DNA of 32,000 nucleotides, taken from contig NZ_BCZP01000007.1 in the NCBI RefSeq assembly GCF_001598795.1, forward strand, positions 1 through 32,000, in the 5' to 3' direction. The notes under the pieces are model-generated. The model saw only the letters and a list, made by a program, of their open reading frames with translations. It made no database searches and was not told the DNA's origin. Below, in pieces: positions 16,785 to 25,006 of the stretch. The first letter of the stretch is position 1, and each line of letters begins with the position of its first letter. Origin of the DNA: Delftia acidovorans NBRC 14950. GTDB lineage: Bacteria; Pseudomonadota; Gammaproteobacteria; Burkholderiales; Burkholderiaceae_C. The position numbers and the translations under genes were made by a program.

Positions 16785-17864
16785 TCACGCCAGCTCTTCA
16801 TCGGCCAGCGCCAGCGCTGCTTGCGCCAGCAGTTCGGCGGCATGCGCATCGTTGCCGGGGGTGAAGACCCGGTGGCGCTGCGGGTCCAGCGGCGGACCCC
16901 GGTCCACTTCGCCGGTTTGCGAGGCGACCACGCTGCGCGTGCCCAGGGCAGCAGCCATCATGGAGACGGTGGTGTTGTTGCAAACGGCCACGCTGGCCGA
17001 TGCCAGCGCCGCGCCCAGCATCCAGATGTCGGTGCGGCCGCTCAGGTCCAGCGCGGGGTGGCGCATTTGCGCGGCCACCGATGCCACCAGGGCGCGCTCG
17101 TCCTCGCTGCCGGTGAGCACCACTTCCAGCCCCGCCTGTACCAGCCGGTCGGCCACGGCCGCAAAACCGCTGGCGGACCAGCGGCGCACAGCCAGCCGCG
17201 CGCCCGGGTGCACGATGGCGTAGCGGCGGCTTGCGGGCAGCAGCGGGCGGACGCGGGCGCGGTCATCGGCATTCAGCGGCAGGTCCAGCTTGAGACCGCG
17301 GCGCGGCAGGCCCATGTAGTCGGTCAGGGCCAGCAGGCCCAGCACTTCGCTGCCCTGCCCCGGCCAAGGCACAAAGCGCAGCGCATCCGCCTCGGGCACC
17401 CAGTCATCTGGGTCCGCAAAGCCCGCGTTGCGGCGCGCGCCAAAGTTGGTGACCAGGGCATTGGTGTTGCGGCCCGAGTCGTGCAGTTGCACCACCAGGT
17501 CAAAGCGGCGCGAACGCATGCGGCGCTGGAAGAAGCTGTATTCATCGGCCTTGGCCGAGGGCACGCCCGGCAGACCGGGCCAGCCGGGAAACAGCTCGAA
17601 GTCATCGACCGAAGACAGCCTTTGCGCCAGGCCTTCGGCCTCGGGCAGCCCGATCAGGGTGATGCGTGCCTTGGGCCAGGCCGCAGCCAATGCACGCAGA
17701 ACGGGCGTGGCGCACAGCAGATCCCCAAAGCGGCGCGCGCGGAACACGCCGATTCTGCGCAGCTGCGGCAAGACGGCCGACCTGCGGTAATCCGTGTATT
17801 TGCCGGGCCTGAGGGCGGGGGTTGAATCGGCCAGCCTCAGCCAGGGGTGATTCATGGAATTCAT
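16785..17864 (-). CDS. Glycosyltransferase family 9 (heptosyltransferase-like) protein
   Basis: RIGVFRARRFGDLLCATPVLRALAAAWPKARITLIG is a GT9 N-terminal signature. YAIVHPGA...RRW and the C-terminal CNNT..SMMAAALG match the GT9 pattern. ATG at 17864. Confidence 0.8.
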   Translation of the reverse strand: MNSMNHPWLRLADSTPALRPGKYTDYRRSAVLPQLRRIGVFRARRFGDLLCATPVLRALAAAWPKARITLIGLPEAEGLAQRLSSVDDFELFPGWPGLPGVPSAKADEYSFFQRRMRSRRFDLVVQLHDSGRNTNALVTNFGARRNAGFADPDDWVPEADALRFVPWPGQGSEVLGLLALTDYMGLPRRGLKLDLPLNADDRARVRPLLPASRRYAIVHPGARLAVRRWSASGFAAVADRLVQAGLEVVLTGSEDERALVASVAAQMRHPALDLSGRTDIWMLGAALASASVAVCNNTTVSMMAAALGTRSVVASQTGEVDRGPPLDPQRHRVFTPGNDAHAAELLAQAALALADEELA

Positions 17865-18052
17865 GGGCACTCTCCGCCTGTGGTTGCAGGCCATGGATAC
17901 GTAGCAATCAGCGTGCCCGCCGCGCGCCCGCCCCCTGCAAAAGTCGGACGCCGTCTACCACGCCTGGTTGGGTTGCCCTGTCACACCCATGAAACATGGG
18001 GTGCAGACAATGCCGGACTTTGTCAATCAGAGCGCCCCGCGCAACACGAAGA

Positions 18053-20167
18053 ATGCAAGTCTGGAAATTGGGAATGGTGGCCGGTGCCGCAGCGCTGGCC
18101 CTGGCGGGTTGTGGTGGCAGCGATGGCGATAGGGCAGATGGGGGAACGAACAGCCAGGCCGTGGCCTTCATGGCCGATGTGCACTTCCAGGATGTGTACG
18201 GCGACCTCAAGAACAGCAGCTTCAAGGGCGTGCCCACGGCCAATGGCATGTTCGCCACCATCCGCACCATGTATGCGCAGCTGACTTCCACGCGGCTGTT
18301 CAACGAGAACTACTTCGCCTTCCGCGCCGCGCTGGACGATTCGCTGGCCAAGGGCGTGAAGCTGGTGGCCTTTCCCGGCGACTTCTCCGACGACGGCCAG
18401 CCGCTGAACGTGAACGGCTTTCGCGCGGTGCTGGCCGAGTACGAGAAAAAGGGCATGCGCTTTTTCATCGCGCCCGGCAACCATGACCCTGTCGCCCCCT
18501 ACGACGATGACGAAAAGGGCAAGGACGACTTCATGGCCGCCAACGGCAGCACGGTCAAGGTCTACGCCAAGAACTACCAGGGCTGCCTGAACGCCGAAGC
18601 CAACGTGGTCTGTACCGACCAGTTGATGGAGCAAGGCTATGCCTCGCTGCTGCGCGACCTGGCCCCCTACGGCCTGATGCCCAATGAGAAGGACGTGTAC
18701 TGGGAGACCCCCTACAGCACCTACGCGCAGGACAAGTACAGCTATGCCGAGGCGGCCAGACAGGCCCAGCTGGGCCAGCGCAGCTACGAGATCTGCAAGG
18801 AAGGCGAAGGCGGCAGGTTCAAGCAGGCCGGCTACACCAATTGCACCAGCATTGCCGATGTGAGCTACCTGGTCGAGCCCGTCAAGGGCCTGTGGCTGCT
18901 GTCGGTGGACGCCAACGTCTTCGTGCCGGACAAGCTGGACCCCGCCAAGCCCAACTCGCCCAAGGGCTTCACCGGCGCCGGCAATGCGGGCTGGAACAAG
19001 ATGACCACGCACAAGAAGAGCGTGATGGCGTGGATCGAATCGGTGAGCGCGCGCGCCAAGGCCCAGGGCAAGCAGCTGGTGGCCTTCTCGCACTACCCGA
19101 CCATGGACTTCTACGCCAACCAGACCGACGCCATCAAGGCCGCCTTCAAGCCCGGCGCCTTCCAGACGGCGCGCGTGCCCGAGCAGGCCACGGCCGAGGC
19201 GGTGGCCGCCACGGGCCTGCCGCTGCACATCGGCGGCCACATGCACTTCAACGGCACCAACGACTACCTGAGCAAGAGCGGCAAGTACCTGGTGAACGTG
19301 CAGTCGCCGTCGCTGGCCGTCTATGGCGCGGCCTACAAGATCGTGCGCTTCGACACGCCGCGCAAGGTGGACGTGCAGACCGTGGCGCTGAACAACGTGC
19401 CGCGCTTCAACGAGCTCTTTCCGCTGTACGAGATGGAATGGAAGTACGTGGAAGGCAGCAGCAAGCCCGAGGACGCCAAGCGCCGCTGGGACAAGGCCAT
19501 TCTGTCCAGCACCAGCTATGGCGACTTCACCAGCCGCTACTTCGGCGAGCTGTCGCGCCTGCGCTTCCTGGACGAGTACTGGGCCTGCGACATGAAGGAC
19601 CTGGTCAGCCAGCTCAACCTGCAGCAGATGCTGACCATGGCCCAGCTGGACACCAAGGTCACCTACGCCCAGCTCGCCGGCCTGGCCGCGCAAGGCGTTG
19701 CCGTGCCCTTCAAGCCCAGCGCCGGCTGCCTGCAAGGCAGCCCCGTGGCCGGCAATGCCGCGCAGTGGGCCGCCGACTGGAGCGTGGCCGAGAACGCCGC
19801 CCGCGCCAAGGCCCAGGCCGCGGGCGTGGACTTCAACGCGCTGGCCAAGGTGTCGGCCTATACCTTCTACGGCGACTTCCACCGCACCGTCTACGCGGGC
19901 GGCCTGTCGCTGAACGACATGGGCAAGCAGCGCGTGGAGCAGTACCGCCTGCTGATGAACGCCTTCCCTGCCCTGACCTCGGCGCCCCAGAAAACGGGCG
20001 ACAAGCTGGCCGACAACACGCCCGTGGGCCAGCCCTTCCAGTACAGCTTCAAGCAGGTGTTCTCCATCCTCAAGGGCCTGGGATCGGGCAAGCCCAGCGA
20101 CCATTTCTCGGTGGACTTCGACGCCAGGACGCTGCGCGCGGAAGGCAGTGACAGCCTGAAGTTCTGA
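18053..20167 (+). CDS. Calcineurin-like metallophosphoesterase lipoprotein with a ~250-aa uncharacterised C-terminal region
   Basis: Lipobox in MQVWKLGMVAGAAALALAGC. MPE motifs ADVHF (DxH), PGDFSDDG (GD), PGNHD (GNHD), FSHYP (H) and GGHMH (GHxH) are all intact. Confidence 0.85.
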   Translation: MQVWKLGMVAGAAALALAGCGGSDGDRADGGTNSQAVAFMADVHFQDVYGDLKNSSFKGVPTANGMFATIRTMYAQLTSTRLFNENYFAFRAALDDSLAKGVKLVAFPGDFSDDGQPLNVNGFRAVLAEYEKKGMRFFIAPGNHDPVAPYDDDEKGKDDFMAANGSTVKVYAKNYQGCLNAEANVVCTDQLMEQGYASLLRDLAPYGLMPNEKDVYWETPYSTYAQDKYSYAEAARQAQLGQRSYEICKEGEGGRFKQAGYTNCTSIADVSYLVEPVKGLWLLSVDANVFVPDKLDPAKPNSPKGFTGAGNAGWNKMTTHKKSVMAWIESVSARAKAQGKQLVAFSHYPTMDFYANQTDAIKAAFKPGAFQTARVPEQATAEAVAATGLPLHIGGHMHFNGTNDYLSKSGKYLVNVQSPSLAVYGAAYKIVRFDTPRKVDVQTVALNNVPRFNELFPLYEMEWKYVEGSSKPEDAKRRWDKAILSSTSYGDFTSRYFGELSRLRFLDEYWACDMKDLVSQLNLQQMLTMAQLDTKVTYAQLAGLAAQGVAVPFKPSAGCLQGSPVAGNAAQWAADWSVAENAARAKAQAAGVDFNALAKVSAYTFYGDFHRTVYAGGLSLNDMGKQRVEQYRLLMNAFPALTSAPQKTGDKLADNTPVGQPFQYSFKQVFSILKGLGSGKPSDHFSVDFDARTLRAEGSDSLKF

Positions 20168-20393
20168 TGGACAAGGCGCGGCCTGTACAGCGCTGATCTG
20201 TGCCAAGGGGTGCCCTGCCCCTTCGTGCAGGTCAGCGCTTTCTTGCGTTTGCGCAGGCTTGACTACACGGCTTCCGATCTTTCCTACACCCGGATTTCAC
20301 GGCGCGCCACACACTTGCTGCATTCCTCCCGCAACCCCTAAAGACCGGCGACATCGGCCCCAGCCGCCACCCGCCGGATCAGGAGTTCTCTCC

Positions 20394-20549
20394 ATGAAGC
20401 AGCTCATTCCCATGGCGGGGTCCCATCACCGTTCGTATGTCCCCATGCAGATGGGCCAGCCCATCAGCGACGGCAACTACACCCAGCAGCAGACCAAGGC
20501 CAACCAGCGCCAGATAGGCCAGCCCTTGCCGCAAAAGCAGCAGCAATGA
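20394..20549 (+). CDS. Small hypothetical protein, 51 aa, hydrophilic and Gln-rich
   Basis: AGGAG (20381-20385) lies 8 nt before the ATG. About 85% of third positions are G/C. A strong hairpin lies downstream. Sequence MKQLIPMAGSHHRSYVPMQMGQPISDGNYTQQQTKANQRQIGQPLPQKQQQ. I recognise no homology. Confidence 0.45.
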   Translation: MKQLIPMAGSHHRSYVPMQMGQPISDGNYTQQQTKANQRQIGQPLPQKQQQ

Positions 20550-20614
20550 GGGCGATGCCGCGCCTGTAAGGCCGGCCACGTCAATCCAGGACTGGAACAC
20601 CGTCCTCCTCTTGC

Positions 20615-20666
20615 ACAAGCCCCCGCAAGCCCTGCCCGCCAGCGCTTGTGGGGGCTTGTTGTCGTT
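20615..20666 (+). terminator. Long-stem hairpin downstream of the small ORF (terminator candidate)
   Basis: ACAAGCCCCCGCAAGC (20615-20630) pairs with GCTTGTGGGGGCTTGT (20644-20659): 16 bp with one G-U and a 13-nt loop, followed by TGTCGTT. Confidence 0.5.
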
Positions 20667-20797
20667 GGGCCCCGCAGCCGCCCAGGCCCAGGGTGCAAGC
20701 AGGATGGTTACATATGCAACAACGGGTTGCGCACCTACGTGACACCCCTCGCGCAACGCATACCATCGCCGCCCAACAACTCAGAAAGGGGGAGGGT

Positions 20798-21199
20798 ATG
20801 CAAGAAAATTCTCTCGAATGCTTCCTTTATCACAGCCAGTTGGCCCCAGGGGCTGACACCACATGCATCGCGGCGATCATCAAGGCGGCGCGCACCTTCA
20901 ACTGGTCGGCCGGCATCACGGGCATGCTGGTTTTCGACGGTGAACGATTCTTCCAGTATGTCGAAGGGCCGCCAGAGCAACTGGCGCTGCTGGTGGAGTC
21001 CATCTCGCGCGATGAAAGACACATCAACTTCACGCCCCTGTTTCCGCAGGCACGCCTTGATCAAAGGCGTTTTGCCAAGTGGTCCATGGCCTATGTGATT
21101 GTGGAAGACACGGAGCCGCTGGGCACCATCTCCGAGCTTCAAGGCCCAGGCGCACTGGAAAAACTGCAGGAGCTTTTACCGCTGCTGGACGCTCAGTAA
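20798..21199 (+). CDS. Short BLUF-domain blue-light FAD photoreceptor (133 aa)
   Basis: SD GGGGGAGGG precedes the ATG at 20798. The BLUF signature is intact: the Tyr in FLYHSQ, the Asn in FNWSAGITGML, the Gln in FFQYVEG, then DERH and WSM. Confidence 0.9.
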   Translation: MQENSLECFLYHSQLAPGADTTCIAAIIKAARTFNWSAGITGMLVFDGERFFQYVEGPPEQLALLVESISRDERHINFTPLFPQARLDQRRFAKWSMAYVIVEDTEPLGTISELQGPGALEKLQELLPLLDAQ

Positions 21200-21259
21200 T
21201 CCCTTTGACCCCAAAGGCGCGGCAGTTTTATAGTATGGGTTCACTGAGGCAGGAAATAG

Positions 21260-23044
21260 ATGCTTACCCGTTGGACTACCGAATCCGAGAAAGAGCAACT
21301 GCTCGGACTGCAGACCGCTGAAATCCTGGACTTGAACGCCAGAAAGGAATTTCAGCGCATCACTCAGCTCACCAGCCGCATGTTCATGGCTCCAATTGCC
21401 ATCATCACGGTTCTGGACGAGCACAGGCAATGGTTCAAGGCCCCCGTGGGTGTGGATATGGATGGCAGCCTGCGCACGGATGCCTTCTGTGACCACACCA
21501 TCAGAAACGAAGGAATCATGGTGATTCCCGATACGCACCTGGACAGCAGATTTTCAGAAAATCCCCTGGTCACCCACAAGCCCAATATCAGGTTCTATGC
21601 AGGTGTGCCTTTGATAATGGAATCCGGCCACGCCATCGGCAGCCTGTGCATCATCGATACCCAGCCCAGGACATTCTCCGAAGAGCAAGGCCAGCAACTG
21701 CAAGCCATGGCCGCCATCGTTCAGGCTCAACTTCACTACCATCACAGAATTGGAAAAACAAACGAAGTCACGGGCCTGCCAAATCGCACGCAACTCAAGC
21801 TGGACCTGAAGAGCCTTTGCATTCTGGCCCCGGGAGCGGCACGCGGCCTGGTATTGATGGAGGTGCTCAACCACGCCAGCCTGCTAGAAATGAGCAATGC
21901 GCTGGGCTTGAACTATGTCGAGCAGCTCATGCGCGACATTGCCAAGGCGGTCACGGACATGACGGGGCAGCACGCAACCGTCTACCACGTGGGCCTGGCC
22001 AGGTTTGCCTGGGTGATCAGCGCCGGCAGGCAAGAAGATGAGGAGGCATTGGTCAACCAATTGCTGGAATACCTGCAAAAACCCATCACCAGCGCCGATC
22101 TGCGGTTTGAACTTCAACCCAGGGCAGGCGTGGTGCGGTTCTACCTGAACCAGCACGAGGTGGACGATGTCATCCGCAAGGCGATGGTGTGCGTGCAGCA
22201 GGCCGGATACAACGCACGATCATTTCACCGCTATGAGGAGAATGAGGACAGTCTCCAGCAAAGGTCCTATCGGCTCCTGCGGGACTTCGGACATGCGCTG
22301 GGCAATGGGCAGCTGCGGCTGGTGTACCAACCCAAATTCGACAACCACAGTTTCAGCTGCAAGGGGCTGGAGGCGCTCATACGCTGGAAGCATCCACAAA
22401 TGGGAGAAATCCCGCCCAGCGAATTCATCCCCCTGGTTGAAGCCACGCCGTTGATCCACAGCCTGACACGGTTCGTGATCAAAACGGCGCTGGCGCAGGT
22501 GGCGGCCTGGAAAGCCGAGAAACTCGATCTTCAGGTCTCCATCAACATCTCCCCGCGCAATCTGGATGAGGTCGATTTTCCGGACTACCTGAACGCCATG
22601 TGCAACCAGCACGGCGTTCCGCTGAAAAACATCGTGATCGAGTGCACAGAAAGCGATGTACTGACAGGCCAGGGCACGGTTCAGGCGCTTCAACACATCA
22701 GGAAACTCGGCATAAAGGTTGCACTGGATGATTTTGGCGCCGCATATTCCAATCTTGCATCGCTCAAGAATCTGCCTGCCGAGATATTGAAGATAGACCG
22801 GTCCATGGTCTGCGACATCGATACCAATGACCGGGCCCTGTCCGTCTTGAAATCCATCATGACCATGGCCTCGGATCTTGGCTATCGCCTGGTGGCAGAG
22901 GGCGTTGACAGCGCCGAAGTCTTTGATTTACTGGTTTCCCTGGGTTTCGATGAAATACAGGGCTACTATTTCAGCAGGCCCATTGAAGCGTCGGAAATCA
23001 AGAAATTCGTTGAAGAGCGCAATCGGTACGCCAACGGAAAATAG
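21260..23044 (+). CDS. GAF / degenerate GGDEF / EAL protein, predicted c-di-GMP phosphodiesterase
   Basis: GAF region: FCDHTI...DSRFSENPLV...RFYAGVPL...IGSLCIID. The GGDEF site is degenerate (HVGLARF). EAL residues are present: YQP, EALIR, EFIPLVEA, INIS, ECTES, DDFGAAYS, KIDRS, AEGVD, QGYYFSRP. Confidence 0.9.
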   Translation: MLTRWTTESEKEQLLGLQTAEILDLNARKEFQRITQLTSRMFMAPIAIITVLDEHRQWFKAPVGVDMDGSLRTDAFCDHTIRNEGIMVIPDTHLDSRFSENPLVTHKPNIRFYAGVPLIMESGHAIGSLCIIDTQPRTFSEEQGQQLQAMAAIVQAQLHYHHRIGKTNEVTGLPNRTQLKLDLKSLCILAPGAARGLVLMEVLNHASLLEMSNALGLNYVEQLMRDIAKAVTDMTGQHATVYHVGLARFAWVISAGRQEDEEALVNQLLEYLQKPITSADLRFELQPRAGVVRFYLNQHEVDDVIRKAMVCVQQAGYNARSFHRYEENEDSLQQRSYRLLRDFGHALGNGQLRLVYQPKFDNHSFSCKGLEALIRWKHPQMGEIPPSEFIPLVEATPLIHSLTRFVIKTALAQVAAWKAEKLDLQVSINISPRNLDEVDFPDYLNAMCNQHGVPLKNIVIECTESDVLTGQGTVQALQHIRKLGIKVALDDFGAAYSNLASLKNLPAEILKIDRSMVCDIDTNDRALSVLKSIMTMASDLGYRLVAEGVDSAEVFDLLVSLGFDEIQGYYFSRPIEASEIKKFVEERNRYANGK

Positions 23045-23137
23045 GGGCAGCCACGAAGATACGAATCATTTCCAGAGAGCCGCATGCCGATGGGGGCATA
23101 GGCCCCGATCGAGCCCTGCGCTCCTAGAATCACGCAT

Positions 23138-23245
23138 CCCTTGGGGAGTAGCCTGCTTGCAACCTGCAAGCGCCTGCGTCAACACACTCGGCATCCTGCA
23201 TGCTGTGGCGCAGGCATCCGTTCTTCGGTTGGCGAGACCATCGGC
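23138..23245 (+). promoter_or_regulatory. yybP-ykoY (Mn2+) riboswitch in the mntP leader
   Basis: Conserved GGGGAGUAG (23143-23151) and GGCGAGACC (23231-23239) flank helices CTTGCA/TGCAAG, GCCTGCG/CGCAGGC and CCG-ttctt-CGG. A GUCAACAC element is also present. It lies directly upstream of mntP, as in E. coli. Confidence 0.8.
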
Positions 23246-23328
23246 ATTTCACCGCGACACAGGTCACAAGGTCGGGCGGCGGTGAAGTGCCGTTGTGCGC
23301 TTGCCCGGCCGTGAAGAACCCCTCCCAG

Positions 23329-23898
23329 ATGAACGCCGCATCCATCCTGCTCCTGGCCTTTGCCATGTCCACCGACGCCTTTGCCGCTGCCGTGGGCAAG
23401 GGCTCCGCCCTGCTCAAGCCCCGCTGGTCCGAAGCCCTGCGCACAGGCGCCATCTTCGGCATCATCGAAGCCCTGACGCCGCTGGTCGGCTGGGCGCTGG
23501 GCTATGCGGCTTCCGACTACGTCAAGGCATGGGACCACTGGATTGCCTTCGTGCTGCTGCTGGTGCTGGGCGGCCGCATGCTGATGGGCGCCCTCCAGGC
23601 CGCTGACGGCGAAGAAGAGGCCAAGCCCGCCCGGCACGGCTTCTGGCTGCTGGTGGCCACCGGATTCGCCACCAGCATCGACGCCATGGCCGTGGGCGTG
23701 GGCCTGGCCTTCCTGGATGTGAGCATCACCACCGTGGCCCTGGCCATCGGCTTTGCCACCTTTGCCATGGTGACCCTGGGCGTCATGGTCGGCCGCCTGC
23801 TGGGCAGCATTGCGGGCCGCTGGGCGGAGACCGTTGGCGGTGTGCTGCTGATCGGCATCGGCTCGGTGATTCTGTATGAGCATCTGAGCGCAATCTGA
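23329..23898 (+). CDS. mntP: Manganese efflux pump MntP
   Basis: 189 aa that are collinear with E. coli MntP ([69 protein letters not shown]). Confidence 0.93.
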   Translation: MNAASILLLAFAMSTDAFAAAVGKGSALLKPRWSEALRTGAIFGIIEALTPLVGWALGYAASDYVKAWDHWIAFVLLLVLGGRMLMGALQAADGEEEAKPARHGFWLLVATGFATSIDAMAVGVGLAFLDVSITTVALAIGFATFAMVTLGVMVGRLLGSIAGRWAETVGGVLLIGIGSVILYEHLSAI

Positions 23899-24062
23899 TT
23901 GGAGACCTGCACCCCGCCAGCGCACGGTTGCGGGAGCTTGTAGGCAGGCTCCTCGCCGCGCCGCTCGATTGGCTGACAGGCCTTTGCTTGCTTTTCCGAT
24001 CTCCGTGCGCTTGGGCAGCACTCCTAATGAGGGCTTCAAATTTTGTTTTCCAGGAGTTCTCT

Positions 24063-24470
24063 ATGACAGGTCACAAGACGCTGAAGATGGGTTTGATCGC
24101 CGCCGCACTGATCGCAGGTGCAGCCTCCACCAGCTGGGCCCAGCCCGTGGCGGGCACCACCACGCTGGGCGTGGCGGCCACTGAAGTCCAGGCCGTGGCC
24201 ACCGGCTGGAGCCTGAAGAAGTCCGTGCTGGGCAAGAGCGTCTACAACGAGGAAGGCAAGGCCGTGGGCAAGATTGACGATGTGATCGTCGCACCCGACA
24301 AGGCCGTGTCGTACGCCATCATCGGCGCGGGCGGCTTCCTGGGCATGGGCAAGCATGACGTGGCCATTCCCGTGAACCAGTTCCGCGTGGAAAACAACAA
24401 GATCACCCTGCCCGGCGCCACCAAGGACGCGCTGAAGGCGCTGCCCAAGTTCGAATACGCGAAGAAGTAA
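24063..24470 (+). CDS. PRC-barrel domain protein, secreted/periplasmic
   Basis: Signal peptide MTGHKTLKMGLIAAALIAGAASTSWAQ. PRC-barrel core GKSVYNEEGKAVGKIDDVIVAPDKAVSYAIIGAGGFLGMGKHDVAIP. AGGAG lies 6 nt upstream of the ATG. Confidence 0.8.
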   Translation: MTGHKTLKMGLIAAALIAGAASTSWAQPVAGTTTLGVAATEVQAVATGWSLKKSVLGKSVYNEEGKAVGKIDDVIVAPDKAVSYAIIGAGGFLGMGKHDVAIPVNQFRVENNKITLPGATKDALKALPKFEYAKK

Positions 24471-24507
24471 GCCAGGCGCGCCCTCTCGCCTCATTCACAA
24501 GCTTCAC

Positions 24508-24532
24508 AAGCCCTGCACTGCAGGGCTTTTTC
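24508..24532 (+). terminator. Rho-independent terminator after the PRC-barrel gene
   Basis: AGCCCTGC-act-GCAGGGCT followed by TTTTT. Confidence 0.8.
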
Positions 24533-24629
24533 GTGGGCGCGTGGCTGACAGCCAGGCAAGCGTCCAGCGTGGCCGTGGAAGGCAATATGATCGCGGCGGA
24601 TCAGATTCATACAAAAAATCCACGAGCAA

Positions 24630-25004
24630 ATGAAAATACTCTTCGCCGCGTCATTGGGAATATCGTTGGTCATTCAGGCATCGCCCTCCTTTGCGGACAA
24701 CAGCAATGGGAAGCAGCTCTATTCATCGAGATGCGCCATGTGCCACGGGGCAGACGCCAGGGGCACGGGCCCGCTGGCCAACAAGAGCAACCCTCCCACG
24801 CCCGACCTGACGACCGCCGCCTTCAGAAAAAGGCTGCATGATTATCCGGGCGTGATTGTCTCGTCCGTCATTCTTCGCCCGAATGGAGATTTGATTCCCC
24901 GGACCTTGCGGGAAAACGGCGTGAAAGTACCGCCCCATGCCTGGACGGTGAAGGATTTTCGTGACCTGAATGAGTATTTCAGTGGCCTGATCACGAAGAA
25001 ATAA
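24630..25004 (+). CDS. Small secreted c-type cytochrome (single CxxCH)
   Basis: Signal peptide MKILFAASLGISLVIQASPSFA and heme motif CAMCH. G+C is visibly lower than in the neighbouring genes. Confidence 0.75.
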   Translation: MKILFAASLGISLVIQASPSFADNSNGKQLYSSRCAMCHGADARGTGPLANKSNPPTPDLTTAAFRKRLHDYPGVIVSSVILRPNGDLIPRTLRENGVKVPPHAWTVKDFRDLNEYFSGLITKK

Positions 25005-25006
25005 AT

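Noticed and set aside
18023-20206. 727-aa minus-strand ORF opposite the metallophosphoesterase gene
   Set aside because: The plus-strand frame carries the lipobox and all five MPE motifs. The antisense product is low-complexity.
20380-20391. 12-mer CAGGAGTTCTCT shared by the small ORF and PRC-barrel gene translation-initiation regions (second copy at 24051-24062)
   Set aside because: Tens of identical 12-mer pairs are expected by chance in a 32-kb biased-composition window, and part of the match is simply the SD core. It is not evidence of co-regulation.
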